Below are positions 1 to 13,900 of a DNA stretch of 64,000 nt, piece after piece. This DNA comes from Bugula neritina (lineage: Eukaryota > Animalia > Bryozoa). The translations under genes and the position numbers were made by a program. The notes below the pieces were generated by a model. That model did no database searches. It saw only the letters and a program-made list of their open reading frames with translations, and was not told where the DNA came from. Each line of letters begins with the position of its first letter. The stretch's first letter is position 1. Location: assembly GCA_964035545.1 (NCBI GenBank), contig OZ037765.1, forward strand, positions 34,868,080 through 34,932,079. Reading direction: 5' to 3'.

Positions 1-61
1 AAAAATGTGATTTTTATTCTATTTATCCACTTTTAGTAAGATAAAATTGATTGGTTTACAG

Positions 62-2133
62 GTTTATGCGATGAGTAACCCTGTTAGAGGTCGTGTCATG
101 ATCATAAACAATGAGAGATTCTTTAGAGATGATGGCAGTGAACTGACTGAGGCAACCCGAGATGGTTCATACATTGACTTTGTTAACATCAAAACTCTGT
201 TGAAAGACATGGGATTTGTTGTAGCCAATGAAGCTGATCCTCTGTTTGACCTGAGTAAACAGGTTACTGTATCAATCTCTTATCTTTTTGTGTAGTTCAT
301 TCTCCCTAGGGCCTATAGACTGTCACTAGCTGTCAAATACTATCCAGTACAGAGATGTATTGTAGTCCAACAAGTCTACACCATGGTGTTCAAATTAATA
401 GTGTTATAATTTTACAATTATAGTGCGTGGGTTCTATTGTGCGTAGCTAGTATTCACTTCTAGTTAAGCAATCACTTGGGTAGTAGCCGGATAATAGTCT
501 TTATTATTTAACTCAAACACAATACAAAACATCACTCTAAATTACAATACAACAATAGCCATATAATACGTGCATTCAATCTGAGTCCTCGCTCACGACA
601 GCCTAACTATACGGAGGAACTCTCACTTGCCAAGAGCCCGCCTTCAAGTCCTTCTCATTGGATGGTTTGCCGTGACCTTTCTCCTATAAATGTGTCCTTT
701 AGTATTCTCCAAACAGAAGGAAGATAATTCTACATTATTATATTATGCAAATCCACCACAATAGTTTTTGTCAGTTTTGATTTTTAGTTTAGCACTACTT
801 ATTATTTTACCTTTGTGATAAATATTTCAATATAGCTTTGAAGCAGCTTTGGCTTGGGTGTAGACACATTTACTTATCCTAACTTGCTTTTACACACCAT
901 TATATGCTTTTATTTTGCCAGGAGATATTATCAGAAGTGAGGAAGGAGACCACCCACAGAGACCACAAAGATCTTGGCATGTTCATTCTAGTCATCATGT
1001 CACACGGAACTTCTGGAAACATCTTCTATGACAGACACTGTAAACCTGTCAACTTGTCAGAAGTCAAAGATTTACTCTCAGCTAGTAAATTTTCTGCCAT
1101 GAGAGGAAAACCCAAACTCATCATCTTCCATGCCTGTTCTGGCAGTGAGTAATGCAGAGTTGTTCCTCATGTTACTAGAACTAGCAGTTATATTGCATAA
1201 TTTCCTATAACTATTACATTAATTAACTTAAGAAATCATTATTTTCAAGATGCCTAATGTTATTGGAGTATGCCTATGTGGAAGTGAGCTACACCTCATA
1301 ACTAGAATTCAATAAACAGTGCTGTGTAATAGAGTTCTGCTTGTGAATCCAGTCCTAAGTTATTACTCACTATCATACCACAGAGTCTACATTATATGTA
1401 TTTCGTATACAGGCAGAGCTGACTTTGGTAATGCTGCACAGTCACAAAGCCCAGACACCGTCTCACCACCAACACCAACCCCTCTACCCTCATCTTCTGC
1501 AACAGCTGGGAGTGAGTCTTCTGCAGGTCAACATGTGTCTCCAAATATTCACTTTGATAGATTCACTCACCTGGATGCTGATGACTTCTACATTGTGAAG
1601 CCAAGTACAGAAAGTTAGTGAGAAGAAAATTATATTTGAGTTGACTGAAACTTATATAATTTGCACAAATTAAAATATTTGTTGCATGTAAACAAAATTG
1701 TTGCAAGTTTTAAATATAAAATAATTTACATAATAATTTGACATTCATATTTAACTGCTCATTTTCATGTGTTACAGCTTACAAGGCTGGTAGGAATGAG
1801 AATTATGGTACCTGGTTTATCAGAGTACTGGTGGCTACATTCTACAGACACAGCTGTCACAGAGATGTTAGTGAGCTGTTTAGGATAGTAAGTACTTCAG
1901 TATTACTCTTTGTATGATACTGTGGAGTGTGTTGAGTCATCAGCTTTATATTTCTCTTCTATTTATACTTACAGATACAAGACAGAGTTAGAAGAGTCAG
2001 TATTGCATATTGTAAGAAGACAGGAGATGAAGCAGCTGGTGGTAATGTACCTAATTGTCAGGAATGTACTTTCACTCACCTCAGAAAACTTTTCTTCTTT
2101 CCAAAGTTCCATGGCAGACAACTCCCACAGTGA
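62..2133 (+). CDS. Gene 1: 3' part (caspase catalytic domain) of a caspase gene; exons 62-262, 922-1144, 1413-1613, 1778-1887, 1975-2133; 5' part lies outside the window
   Basis: All exons are GT-AG bounded and phase-compatible (0,1,1,0). Translation gives RGRVMIINN, TRDGSYID, MSHG (catalytic His), IFHACSG (catalytic Cys), YKAGRNENYGTWFI and LRKLFFFP, ending at TGA 2131-2133. Exon sizes of 223 and 110 nt equal those of the gene 2 caspase exons. Confidence 0.9.
402..760 (-). mobile_element. Solo LTR in a gene 1 intron
   Basis: TGTT...CACA termini with a 4-bp direct repeat ATAG on both sides; TTTATT (AATAAA on - strand) near 500. Confidence 0.6.
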
Positions 2134-3067
2134 ATGACGTCTGCAGCACATCACGTGTTCACATGCAGCAGACACAGACCTGCCATATTAGCTAGATACT
2201 TGCAGCTACTAGACAGACTTGTCATATGTCTTTGATTTTATGAAACCATTTCTAATTATATGAATTCATATAGTTTGCCTGTTCCTGTGATTTAAGTAGA
2301 AAGGTGAGTTACCACATCCACTTTTTATTCAACTTGCATGCTAAACAACATAACTTCTTTGTGCGTTTTTTGCCTTTTTACTTTTACTGAATTTATAGAC
2401 ACTTTCACATCTTATGTGCATAGAAGTTTATTTAGCTGTAAAACCTGATTAAAATCTGTTGAATTAACTTAAACATGTTTATGGAGTTTTATGCTTAGCC
2501 CCATTATCTATGTTATTTCTGCACTTTATCTCATTACCATCTATTCAACATATCATTCTTAGGATGTAGAGAAACCATTGCATATGCCTTAGTAAATATA
2601 ATTGATTTGAAGAGTTGTCTCTACTTGTGATTAGATGATCCAGTAACCAGTGAGTAAGCAAAGTAGTCAAGAAGAGCAAGTGTATCTTTGTTTACTGGTT
2701 GCTAAGTGATGTACTACTAGTTGGATTCCATCATGGGAAAGTTGGGGAGTGAATAACTCTAAAATACTCCAAATATGTAGTATAAGTCATTTAGTCAGTC
2801 AGTTTATAGCCATATCACTGAATAAATCTAGAAGTTTCCATAAAGTTGATTGAAGCAGAATAAAGTATGAGTGTATTGCTAGGATGAGGTGACCTCCCAA
2901 GGAGTAGTACTTTAATAAATATATTTTATAAAATTAACAAATTTAGTAGAAAGCAACTTAGGAGATGAAGCAAATAATATTGAAACAGTAACTTAGCAGT
3001 ATAATATTGTATGCAGGCTGTATTGTTAGTAGAGTAACTTGACACACAGAAGACGGGTGGTCTGCCA

Positions 3068-3400
3068 CTAGTTCCTAGAGTCACTGTGAATATGAGACAG
3101 GGCTAGGAACTTCACATTCTCACACTCTGCTCTGAGACACTCGGCTCTCACCAACTGACTACTCAACTCTCTCTGCTGCCTACGTAATGAGTCCTTCACC
3201 TTCTTATTTAATGTGTCGTACTTTTCCACGGCGGTCTTCAACTTTGCAACTTTCCTTTCTTCTTCCAATTCATACTTCTTCTTAGACTCTGCTGTCACCG
3301 ACTCCAATTTATTCACATCTTCCTGAATTGAAAGTTTTTGCACTGATATACATGCAACATTCAATATGTCAGTCTTGAGGCTGTAATGTTTGTGTTATTA
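3068..3400 (-). pseudogene. Isolated coiled-coil coding fragment, possibly a TRIM-like remnant
   Basis: Charged heptad-like ORF (QEDVNKLESVTAESKKKYELEEERKVAKLKTAVEKY...) preceded by HKHYSL; no partner exons found. Confidence 0.3.
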
Positions 3401-5804
3401 CTCACGGAAAGTTGCCAGATCTCTAGGTGGTAGGAGTTGTGCTACCCATGACGTAACTGGCCAGTAAATAACTTTATGCTTACACAACACACTCCTTCAC
3501 TTCAACAGAAAGGGGAACATACAAACTTTGGAATCTTACGGAAAAAATTCTTCAAATTTATAACACTTAAAAACTACTAGCACTTAAATTTGTACATATT
3601 ACAGTTGTTTGTACATCGCTAGAGGCAGCACATTGTTTGGGGTCAGTGCATCATTGCAGGGCCCCTCCTCAAAACCACTGTTCCCAATGACCTTGAGTGT
3701 TGTGCTGCTCCAAATGACTTTCTCACGGGGAGGGGGGGGAGGGGCCCATAACTATTGTATAATGTCTCAATAATTGTACGAAATACAACAAATCTCTGGA
3801 TAATATTGCAGTCAAATGTGGTTATAAATACCTTACCATGACGATAATTTACAGTCAGAACTCGGAGTCACTTGTGATGCATTTTCTATAATCTATTCGT
3901 AAACTTAAATGTATTATTACTATAAACATGTTGTATCTAGTTTTAACTTGGCTAACGATCTTCTCTTGCAAAGAGAGCACAACTCTACTCAACTAAATAA
4001 TATGTCTGCAGCAACATAATTATCATAGTGATACTTAAGAATAGTGAAATAACTATTGAATATAAAAGGGAGCTAGTATGTGTGAGATAAAGGGGAAGTG
4101 ATAGACTGAAGGATTATAGATACAGAGTTTGAGTAGATACTGCACTTACAGAACGTGTGTATACTGAGATATTGTGGACATCTCTGACTTGCAAGCAAGT
4201 GTGCTACCATTACACTACAGAGTAAACCCAATACTACAGGTTCAAGTTTAGAGTTGGGGGCAATGAACTGGAAAATATTTCTAGCTCAGTGGTTGTGGGT
4301 TCAATAGATATAAACACGAACTCCTAACTCGAAATAATATTGGGACTAGAGCTGGCCACAATGAACAATGAACTCCTATGGCAAACAACCAAGCAACTTG
4401 TTCCAATACAACGACCCCCATTCTAGCTCAAGGCTAAGGTATAATATTATTTAGCTAGCTAAGTAAATAACTTAAACTCTTGGTTCCATTATAACAAATG
4501 CAATATTTTTAGTTATAATTATTATACTTTATACTTATGGCCTAGTTATTGGATTACTATTGTTAATACTATGATCACTATTAGTATTATATCTACCATT
4601 ATAATTAGGCAACTAGTAGCAATTATCCAATTGTGTATATTATATATAGCCATGCAGTAATACACACAAATAACTACACATATTATTCCTGTAGATACAA
4701 TAGAGGTGTACTATTCCTTGAATATGTTTTCTAAAGATACTGTTTATTAAAGTGAGACCAGAAGTCTATGTATAATAGTAACTAACCTTACAGCTATCAG
4801 TAAATTATATTGAAAAGTAGGAGAATAAAATAATGCAGTTTTGGTAAGAGCGCTACCAACTGATTTTAATAAGCTTATCAAAAGTTTATATACTGTGGTT
4901 GTTGTTACTCAACCATGCAAAAATATGTAGAATAAACACAATTGTTCTTAAAGATACCACAATGATTGTGTCCCAAAACATAGCAGTCACTCACTGGGTA
5001 GCCTCAGGGTATCAACATAGCCTAGTAGAAGTAGGGCATGAATGACGGTCACCCTAACCACAACAGCATAACCACAGATCTATAATAGTCAGCACAAGGC
5101 AGACATGAGTAATGTCTTTGTATTATATACTTCTGCTAGAGTGTATTTAACTAAAATCATGTACTGAGGAAGGCATAGTAATAAAAATTAAGCTACACAC
5201 AATATTTAAGCTCTATCACTAACCATACAGTGTTTTCTGTTTTAAAATTATTCTCCCAAGTTAGCTCTACACATTATTTATATGAACAGTTTCACTGTAA
5301 AGTAGGTATAATGTATTGCTGTACATGAGGTGATAACTCCAACTTATTCATTGACACATATCTCCCAGGGAATAAACCCTTGTAATATAATTTGAGGAGA
5401 TGTTGAAGTACACTATGCTGTAGCTGTCAGAGAAAGCTACCATAACACTCCTTAACCAAATTATAGAACATACAAGTATACTAGGCACACTAGTTTTAAT
5501 TTATTTAAAAAACTTTGTATTTATGATAGGAGGCTAAGAATTGTCACCTAGCAACCAGTAAACAAATATGCAATGGATAGTATCCTACATTAACACAACT
5601 TAGATGACATATTTTGCTCTTCCTGACATGCTCAATGGCCCTGCCAGACCTGGCACACACTAGGAGAGTGCTCTAACCAATAGACTACAGCTGCTCCCTG
5701 CTACACTAATTGAATTAAATATTATGGAGCTTAGGCTATACAAGAGACTTTTAAACAACTGGTCTGTTTGTATGCAGCATGCTTGCTATCTTCAGACTAT
5801 ATTT

Positions 5805-6060
5805 ATGATTATTGGTATTACAGTAGCTTATGTAATAAGAAAGTAATAATCTACCTGAGAGTTATATTACCTGTGAAACAACACCCTGAGTCATGGTTTC
5901 AACACGTGACTCAACACACTTCTATTCATAATACTGAGAATTCTCACAACAGACTTTATTTTCTTAGATATGATGACACGTGTTTACTGAGGAATAAAAT
6001 AAACAAAGCTAATTACATAAATTGTCTTATTCTGGTTCTATTGATTGTAATACTTTGAAA
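5805..6060 (+). promoter_or_regulatory. Conserved upstream block of gene 2 with an AP-1/E-box cluster (paralogous copy at ~54617-54965)
   Basis: TGAGTCA 5887-5893, CACGTG 5903-5908 overlapping TGACTCA 5907-5913, and a second CACGTG near 5977; all retained in the second copy. Confidence 0.45.
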
Positions 6061-6199
6061 CTGCTGAAGAAATAAACATAAAATAAAGAAGTTATGTTGG
6101 TTAAGAAAGAAATGAAGCAAATCTTTTTTTTATTCAAATCACAGAAATTATTAGAAACAATATAAAAAGCAACAAATTTAGAAACCATATAAAATCATA

Positions 6200-6337
6200 G
6201 GCATATGACAAGTCTGTTTATAGTTAATATGACAGGTCTGTGTCTGCTGTGTTGTAGCCACGTGCAGTGCTGTAGACGTCACTCGCCATAGAAGCTTCCT
6301 GCTATCAGAAAGTGAAGACAGAATTCCTGAGGTGAGT
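6200..6337 (+). promoter_or_regulatory. Putative promoter / non-coding first exon of gene 2, ending at donor GAG|GTGAGT (6331/6332)
   Basis: A homologous block lies upstream of gene 3 (60643-60772) with the same donor, CACGTG and GACGTC. The ATG exon at 7885 begins with a splice acceptor, so an upstream exon is required. Confidence 0.45.
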
Positions 6338-6571
6338 GAGGTTACGTTAGTACTCTTATAGTTTGCTACACAATACATGTAAAACTTTCAACTTGCCAAA
6401 AGCAACCCTTCAGAGTTTACAGAATTTTGTCATTTATTTAGAATGAAAATATGAATTATTTAGTTTGCAGTTAGCTTGATGTTATAGTGTGTAGAAAATC
6501 AATGAAGCCCTTTAGTTTTTCTTTTTGGACTTTTTAATTAGGATTTTTTTTAGAAACTCCTGACTGAATTC

Positions 6572-6760
6572 AATGGCAGACAACTCCCACAGTGAGTGCC
6601 ATATTAGCTAAATACTTGCAGCTGCTAGAAGCACTTGTCACAAGCCTCTGATTTTGTTATGATGTGTAATTCTTCATCTTTGTGTGACTAATACATATAA
6701 CTTCTTTGTGTGTTTTTCTGCGTTTACCTTCAAAAAGCTTATATAGGCATATTTATACCT
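6572..6760 (+). pseudogene. Degenerate direct copy of a caspase-gene stop codon and 3'UTR
   Basis: atggcagacaactcccacagtga and gccatattagcta.atacttgcagct match 2111-2133 and ~2182-2206; ataacttctttgtg matches ~2350. Confidence 0.7.
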
Positions 6761-7936
6761 ATAGTGGTTGTGTACACTGTAAAATAATTAGGTTATTAGA
6801 ATTGCATACTTTTTAAATAAAATTTAAGAAAAATATATCCTAGCTTTAGATAATAGGATAAAATAGCTGTCTGTTTACTTAAATATAATTCACCAAACTT
6901 GGTCACTGTAACTTAAAAGTAAAAAGATGGTGCGGTTAATTTCATGCTATATAGGTATGGCTAACCCAGGTGTAGTTCAGTATATATAGGCAGGTAATAA
7001 TATGACTCTATCTAATAGTTATGATACTATTACAGCTGCCAAATTATTCTCATGTATAAATTCATGGATGCCACTGCATTCAGCTATCCAACTATTATAC
7101 TCACTAGTAGGCAGTAGCTACTGCCAACCACAATTTTCCTGTTGGCTATTTGCCAAATGTAATTCATAAACTAGTTCAGAGTATATAGAATAATGTGATT
7201 GACATCCAAGACTTGAAGGAATTCTGATATTATTTCTACTCAGTAACTCTGTCTCTGCATGATACAAAGTCCTGTCTGACTGTATTGTAGAATACTAAAA
7301 GTTTATGTATACCTGATTATTAACTAATACACTTATGGTGATAATTTCTCTAAAACCTTCAAAAATACGTATTTGAAAAGTGTTCCTTGAGAAGAATTCC
7401 ATACTTTAACGTATTGTTACTAACTACTGTAGTTGTCTCACCTGTAGTGTTTGTGTTACAATCACCCACTTGCACAACTTGCTGTTGTTATTGTTGTTTA
7501 CCATAACTTGTTTGTAACAAAAGGATATTGCAACAGGAAGTAACATTCCTTCATATTGTTTCATAATAATGTATGATTGTACACCACCTATATATAAATG
7601 GTTTAGTTTATAGAATAAAACAGTTTATGTTATAACAGTACTGCTGTGTGTTGTGCCTACTGTAATAGAACCACGTGCATTGTATATAACGGAAATAATA
7701 TATACAATACAAAATATAAATATATAAAATCACCCTGATCTTATACACTCCTATGTTGATTAGTAACTCATAATTATTGTGAAGATTCTAATAAAAACTG
7801 GTATGATATTTAAATATTAGTGAAAGAACGTTGACTCATTATTTAGTAGATCTGGTTTAGAATACACTGACATGGTTGTTACAGATGAGAATGAAGACTA
7901 TTGAATACAACTAGAGCTGTAATCAGTGACTACAGG

Positions 7937-7985
7937 ATGGGTCAACGTAAATCTCTACTTCCACCTCCACCTCCACCTCCACCAG
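7937..7985 (+). CDS. Gene 2 first coding exon, MGQRKSLLPPPPPPPP (exon starts 7885)
   Basis: Acceptor ttgttacag at 7884, in-frame stops upstream of the ATG, phase-1 donor G|GTTAGT; homologous exon at 63212-63516. Confidence 0.65.
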
Positions 7986-10900
7986 GTTAGTAAATATAAT
8001 TTATACACAGTGTGTCAAATTAATTCTGTAAAAAGTTAGTAAACACTGAATGAGTTTCAGTGATAAGGAAAGTTTCACTGGTTGTATTCAGTGTAACTGG
8101 CCCCGTATGATATATTTATTGTGTACTTGCTGATAAACTTGCTGGTAAAAACTAAATAAAATAAAAGAAGAGTTATATAAATGATTGCATGCATAAATGG
8201 GGTTAAAAATATCAAAATAATGCTCACAAAAACTATGTACAAGAAAAGCCATAAAAGTGTTTATTACAAAATAATAATTCAGATGATATAATAATATGAA
8301 TGAAATTAACCAACCTCTTGGGTCTTTCATACACAGCGCCAATAAATTATATTGAACAACCAGAATAAAATGATACAATTTTGCTGCCAACTAATTTTAA
8401 TAAGTTTACCAAGGATCTATATACTATGGCTCCTGTTACTGTATCAGGCAAAAGTATTGTCCCTAACATACCACAATGATTGTGTCCCAAAACATAGTGA
8501 ACATTCACTGGGTAGCCCCAGGGTACCAACATAGCCTAGTAGAGGTAGAACAAGAATAACAGCCGCCTCAACCACAATGACTTGACCACAGATCTAATAG
8601 TCAGCACAAGGCAGATGAGTGAGGCCTGCTGCTGTATGTCACCTAAACATAAATAGGAAGTTAATGGGGTCAATAGTTATTTATAGTGGGTAATGAGATC
8701 AATAGTTATTTATAGTAGGTAATGAGGCCAATAGTTATTTATAGTGGGTAATGAGGTCAATAGTTATTCACCGGCTTTCCATGTACCGATCTCAGATCGA
8801 TCTCGCTGAGATCGATCTGAGAAATGTGCTGATCAGATCGATCGTTTTTCCATGAGAGTGTCAGATCGATCTAGCGGAGTTGCCTCCTCTTAAGTGAAGA
8901 GTACTTTAATATTATATTTTTTAACCCACCTGGGTGATTCAAGCTAATGCTTTTGAAAAAACAAAATTTCCATAGTCTAAAATTCAGTGCCAGCTATAAA
9001 CTCTACGCAGTAAAGCTTTTAGTAAGAAGTAATTTAGCCAACTTAAGATAATTCATTTTAATATTTTAGTTTGACAGCTTATATAAAATTGATAGCTGTT
9101 GTGCAGATTATTCATAAACTTACAGGACTATTGGGCTTAAAAATAAGCAGCAAATAACTAATGAAAGTAAGTTTTACTAGCCATTTAAATTCAATTTAAA
9201 TGCTCCTACTTTTTCCACTTTCTACCGTCTATAATTTTATATAATTGAGTTTGTTTAATCATAGTACTGAAAGTCAAAGTTTTGGCATCTGAAAATGTGG
9301 CTATAGTAATTATTAAGTAATTTGCTTAGTAATTACCAATAAATTATCATTTTTATTAGCGGCGACATTTTAGCGAACAGTCTTTTTCTATTTCTCAGAT
9401 CGAACTTTCGTCTTTCCATGACCTTATTGCCTTGAGATCGATCTGAGTTCGAGCTCTACAGACCGACCAGCTCAGAACGACTGAGATCGATCTTTAGCGT
9501 CTTTCCATGGATCGATCTCAGCGAGATCGATCTGAGATCGGTACATGGAAAGCCGGTGATTTATAGTGGGTAATGAGGTTAATAGTTATTTATAGTGGGT
9601 AATGAGGTCAATGGTTATTTATAGTGGGTGATGAGGTCAATAGTTATTTATAGTGGGTAATGAGGTCAATAGTTATTTATAGTGGGTAATGAGGTCAATA
9701 GTTATTTATAGTGGGTGATGAGGTCAATAGTTATTTATAGTGGGTAATGCACAACCAGTTATAACAATCACGGGCTTTCCATGTACCGATCTCAGATCGA
9801 TCTCAGCGAGATCGATCTGAGAAATGTGCTCAGATCGATCGTTTTTCCATGAGAGTGTCAGATCGATCTCGCCAAAGTTGCCTCCTCTTAAGTGAAGGAT
9901 ACTTTAAAAGTATAATTTGTTCACTTATTTGAGTGATAAAACCTACTACTGTTGAAAACAAGATGGTCGTAGTCTAAAATTTGATCCCAGCTATAAACTG
10001 TACGCAGCAAAGCTTTCAGTGTATGGTAATTTGGCCAATTTAAAATGATTAATTTTAATTTTTTAGCTTGACAGCTTATATAAAGTTAATGGCTGTCTTG
10101 CAGATTATTAATAAACTTACAGGACTGTTAGGCTTAAAATTACAAAGAAAATAGCTAATGAAACTAAGTTTTAATAGTCTTTTAAATTCGATTTGAATTC
10201 TCCAATTTTTTTTACCTTCTACTGCATATAATTGAGTTTTCTTAATCATTGTACTGAAAGTCAAAGTTTTGGCATCTGAAAAGGTGGCTATCATAATTAT
10301 TTAACACTTTGCTTAGTAACTATCAATAAGTTATCATTTTTATTAGCAGACAACATTGTAGCGTGCAGTCTTTTTCTACTTCTCAGATCGATCTGGCGTC
10401 TTTCCATGGTCTTATTGACATGAGATCGATCTGAGTTCGAGCTCCACAGACCGACCAGCTCAGATCGACGGAGATCGATCTTTGGCGTCTTTCCATGGAT
10501 CGATCTCGCTGAGATCGACCTGAGATCGGTACATGGAAAGCCGGTGATTCAGAAACCAAAGTTTTTGTCATCTCACAGTTGCAGTACATCTTCTGTCTAT
10601 AAAAGCTTGTGGTGTGAGTTTACGTTGCAAACAAAAGAAAACGATAACTTAATATACATACACACACGCGCACGCATGCACGCACACACACTTATATTCA
10701 TATAAGCTAAACACAGAGAGAAATATTACTGCAGTGCTTGCACTAAAGTTGTTCAAAGAGCCTTTTATTGTTGGTATAGCCTGCACCACACCTCTAATAG
10801 TTGTTAGACCTGCACTTATTTTGATGAAATTGAAAATTAATCCAATTAGTGTAAGCTGAAAAATATTTTGTAGTAGCTCTGAAACCACTTAGTTGTTAAG

Positions 10901-13900
10901 CCAACGCTACTTTTCACAAGTATTACGTAATTATCAACCCTAGGTCTTAATGAAGCTAAACAGTAATTGATAGGAGCAGAAAGTGAGATCAATGCTACAA
11001 CTACATATGTTCAAGCAAAATTTTATTTACATAAGAATTATGGAACAATCGGCAGTTGTTCACCTAACAACATTATTCGTTCACATGTGCACTAATGATG
11101 ATCACAAACCTTTATAGGAAGCTAGGACCCTACATTTGGGTCATTTCGATTGGTGCTTCCCAGTTAGATGCTATTTATACATTTTACGTGCAATTTATTT
11201 GAATACTATTGAAATATATGTGCATTTAAATAAATTTGAGTCAATTGCTTTTTATAATTGGCACACAAATAAATTTCTTTGCTCTGCATAAACCTATTAA
11301 TTTTGCATTTCCTATATTTTTTGTTTTTTGAAAAAATGTTATTATTAATGCATTTAATGCTTTTTTTCAACACAAATTTGGAAAAATTTAAATATTATTG
11401 CAAATATATCATATTAATGGTTATTTTATGTTTAGCAATTGATATGAAAGTTATATAAGGATATATAGGTATATAATACTTAGTACAAAACAAGAAATAC
11501 AACCTAACTGGGGAGCATATAATAAGTGGAATGAAACTCCTTCAACCTACTAGCTGTTTATGATTTCGAAATTTTTTTGAAGCCAAGACATTTTCAAATA
11601 GCTTGTTACCAGACTACTATTAAACATTGCCCCACTCCGTTTATCAAAGACTGAAGTTGAATTTATCAACAAAAAATTTCAACTGCACATATCTCTTGCG
11701 TGGGTAGTTTAGGCTTCACTAGTCAATTTCATTCATGGAAAGGAAAGCCAACTAATTTAAAATGTGTGTAAAAGAGAAATCAGGGAGATGCACCATTAAA
11801 CTCCAATGTACTCAGTTATCAGCAAATGTGTTTCAAACAAGAAGCTTAAAATTAACAATGAAACAAGCTACTGAATAGTCAATTGTGGATCAGGTGAACC
11901 ACTTCAAAAGCCTTGTGTAAACTTGTGTAAACTACCTGGTGGAACAAAAGAAGATGTTGCATAACAGAGCTATAGTAAGGAAATATTTAAATTGTAATTC
12001 AAAGGCAAGAAACTGGCTTACCAAGCATCGAAAGAGCAAAACAAATGTTATTACATAACAGCACATAGTTTTCATTCACTGCTATTGACAGAAGAAATAT
12101 TCTGCCGGCATAGTGAACACCAGAGGCTCAGACTAAGAGGTTGTGCTTTGAGATTCAGTGAATTTGTGCTTCCAAACAACTTCACAACATGGAAAACATT
12201 GAATCATTTCATCACATGGGTAAAGATTGCAGCTACCTCTCAGAGATAGAAGATGATCACTTTCTTTCAGAGTTAGGAACTGAAGTTGTCATTGCAGCAA
12301 AAGGTAAGCTCAATCATTTGCTTAACGTTGTCATTTTGATTTTATATCACAATCACAATGACAGTATGACTATTGCTGTAGACAGATAATTGAATTTGTG
12401 CAACTATAACTTTTAAGAGACCACATTAACTGATATTTCCCAAACTACTCTATTCCTATATCAATTTGATACAAGTTTTCCTGTAACAATATATTTTCAA
12501 AAAATGTAGCTTTTTATTTCCACTTCACCTCCTAGCAATTTGTGCTAAATTCATTAATTTGAATCCCCCCCCCTCATTGTAGAAGTATCCATATTGTTAA
12601 TAATGCAGTTTAGCAGCCTACAAGTAGTTATTAGCCTTAAGCAGCTGCCAAGCTAGCTTCTTGTTTTATAGCTAAGTACCAAAATGCCAATATTAGTGGT
12701 GAGTTGGCAAAAATTTTTAATAACTTCTGTGCTACCAGTTTATTCTTTTATTTATCTTTGTACGGCACAATTAAATATAAAAATATGTTTAAGTAGCAAT
12801 ATTTTTCTTGGTAGTACTTTATTTGTTTTTCAATTTATAGACATACTGAAACTTATCAATATCTGTTATCTCGATATGAGGGGTCCATATAAAATGCTGA
12901 CTCCAGCTTAAATTGTGGTTCACTGACATTTTGAGATAATTTTAATGCAGAGAAGCTTCTATTAACTAAACTAATTATGCCCAACAGCTCTTGCATTTGT
13001 AATTAAGAAAGAAGTAAAATAAAATGATGGCCAAAATTGTTACTAAATTTTGATAAGCTCAAACTAACCCAAACACTGCGCAACATAATGATCATAAGTT
13101 TGCCACAGCCTGTATGGTTATTCAGAATCAAACTATTGGTACTATGGTGCTGAAAATATGCTGAAAGATTTATAGCTAACATCATTGATACTATTAGTTT
13201 TGGCCTTAGACTTCAGCTTCTTCAAAGTTGAGCTTAATTTATAAGCTGCTTGTGATTGTATATCTTAACCAAATGTTTACTGTTCATACTAATACAGTTT
13301 AAATATTACCCAACTTTTATCTTTTGTTGTAGATCCCATAACATTTTTTAAGAACATGCACTCAAAGATGCTGAATAGGAGCACAAAAAAGAATTTGACC
13401 GCTACAAAACTTTGAATCATGCTGAGACCTTCAGCCTGCAAGCAGGCGCACTCACCACTACATTACAAGCGTCACTGGGTGCTCTCGGCACTACACCTTA
13501 CCCACTTTTCAAGAACTCAGCTGCCTTTTTTATACTACTCCTTCAAGCTTCCCTGGCCACTCAACTCCTCTTGGAATACTACCACACTTTACTAACTGCT
13601 GGAATTAGTTATAAAACTTCCCCTTCCCTCCTCCCGTACTTGGGTTACTATCACAGACCTCGGACTTGCACACAGGTGTGCTAACCATTACACACCACAA
13701 CTGCTTGGTTATCGCTACACTACAGAGCAAGAATGTAATGACACACACTATGGTCTTAGCAGGTTCTGCTAATATTGAGCAAAGTTAACTGAATTTACAG
13801 TCGTAGAAAAATTCTGCAAATGCTTATTTTCATGTTTTTTTTTCTTATTTTAATCTTTAGAAGTTATTTTTTGTTGCATTTCTTATATTCAACTATCATA

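Noticed and set aside
12110-12303. Exon-like segment (SEIEDDHFLSELGTEVVIAAK|gtaag) as an extra gene 2 exon
   Set aside because: No clean in-frame acceptor and no recognisable domain; more likely decayed transposon or cargo sequence.
13390-13706. tRNA genes
   Set aside because: No intact T-arm or acceptor stem; treated as SINE relics (similar relics near 4190 and 5670).
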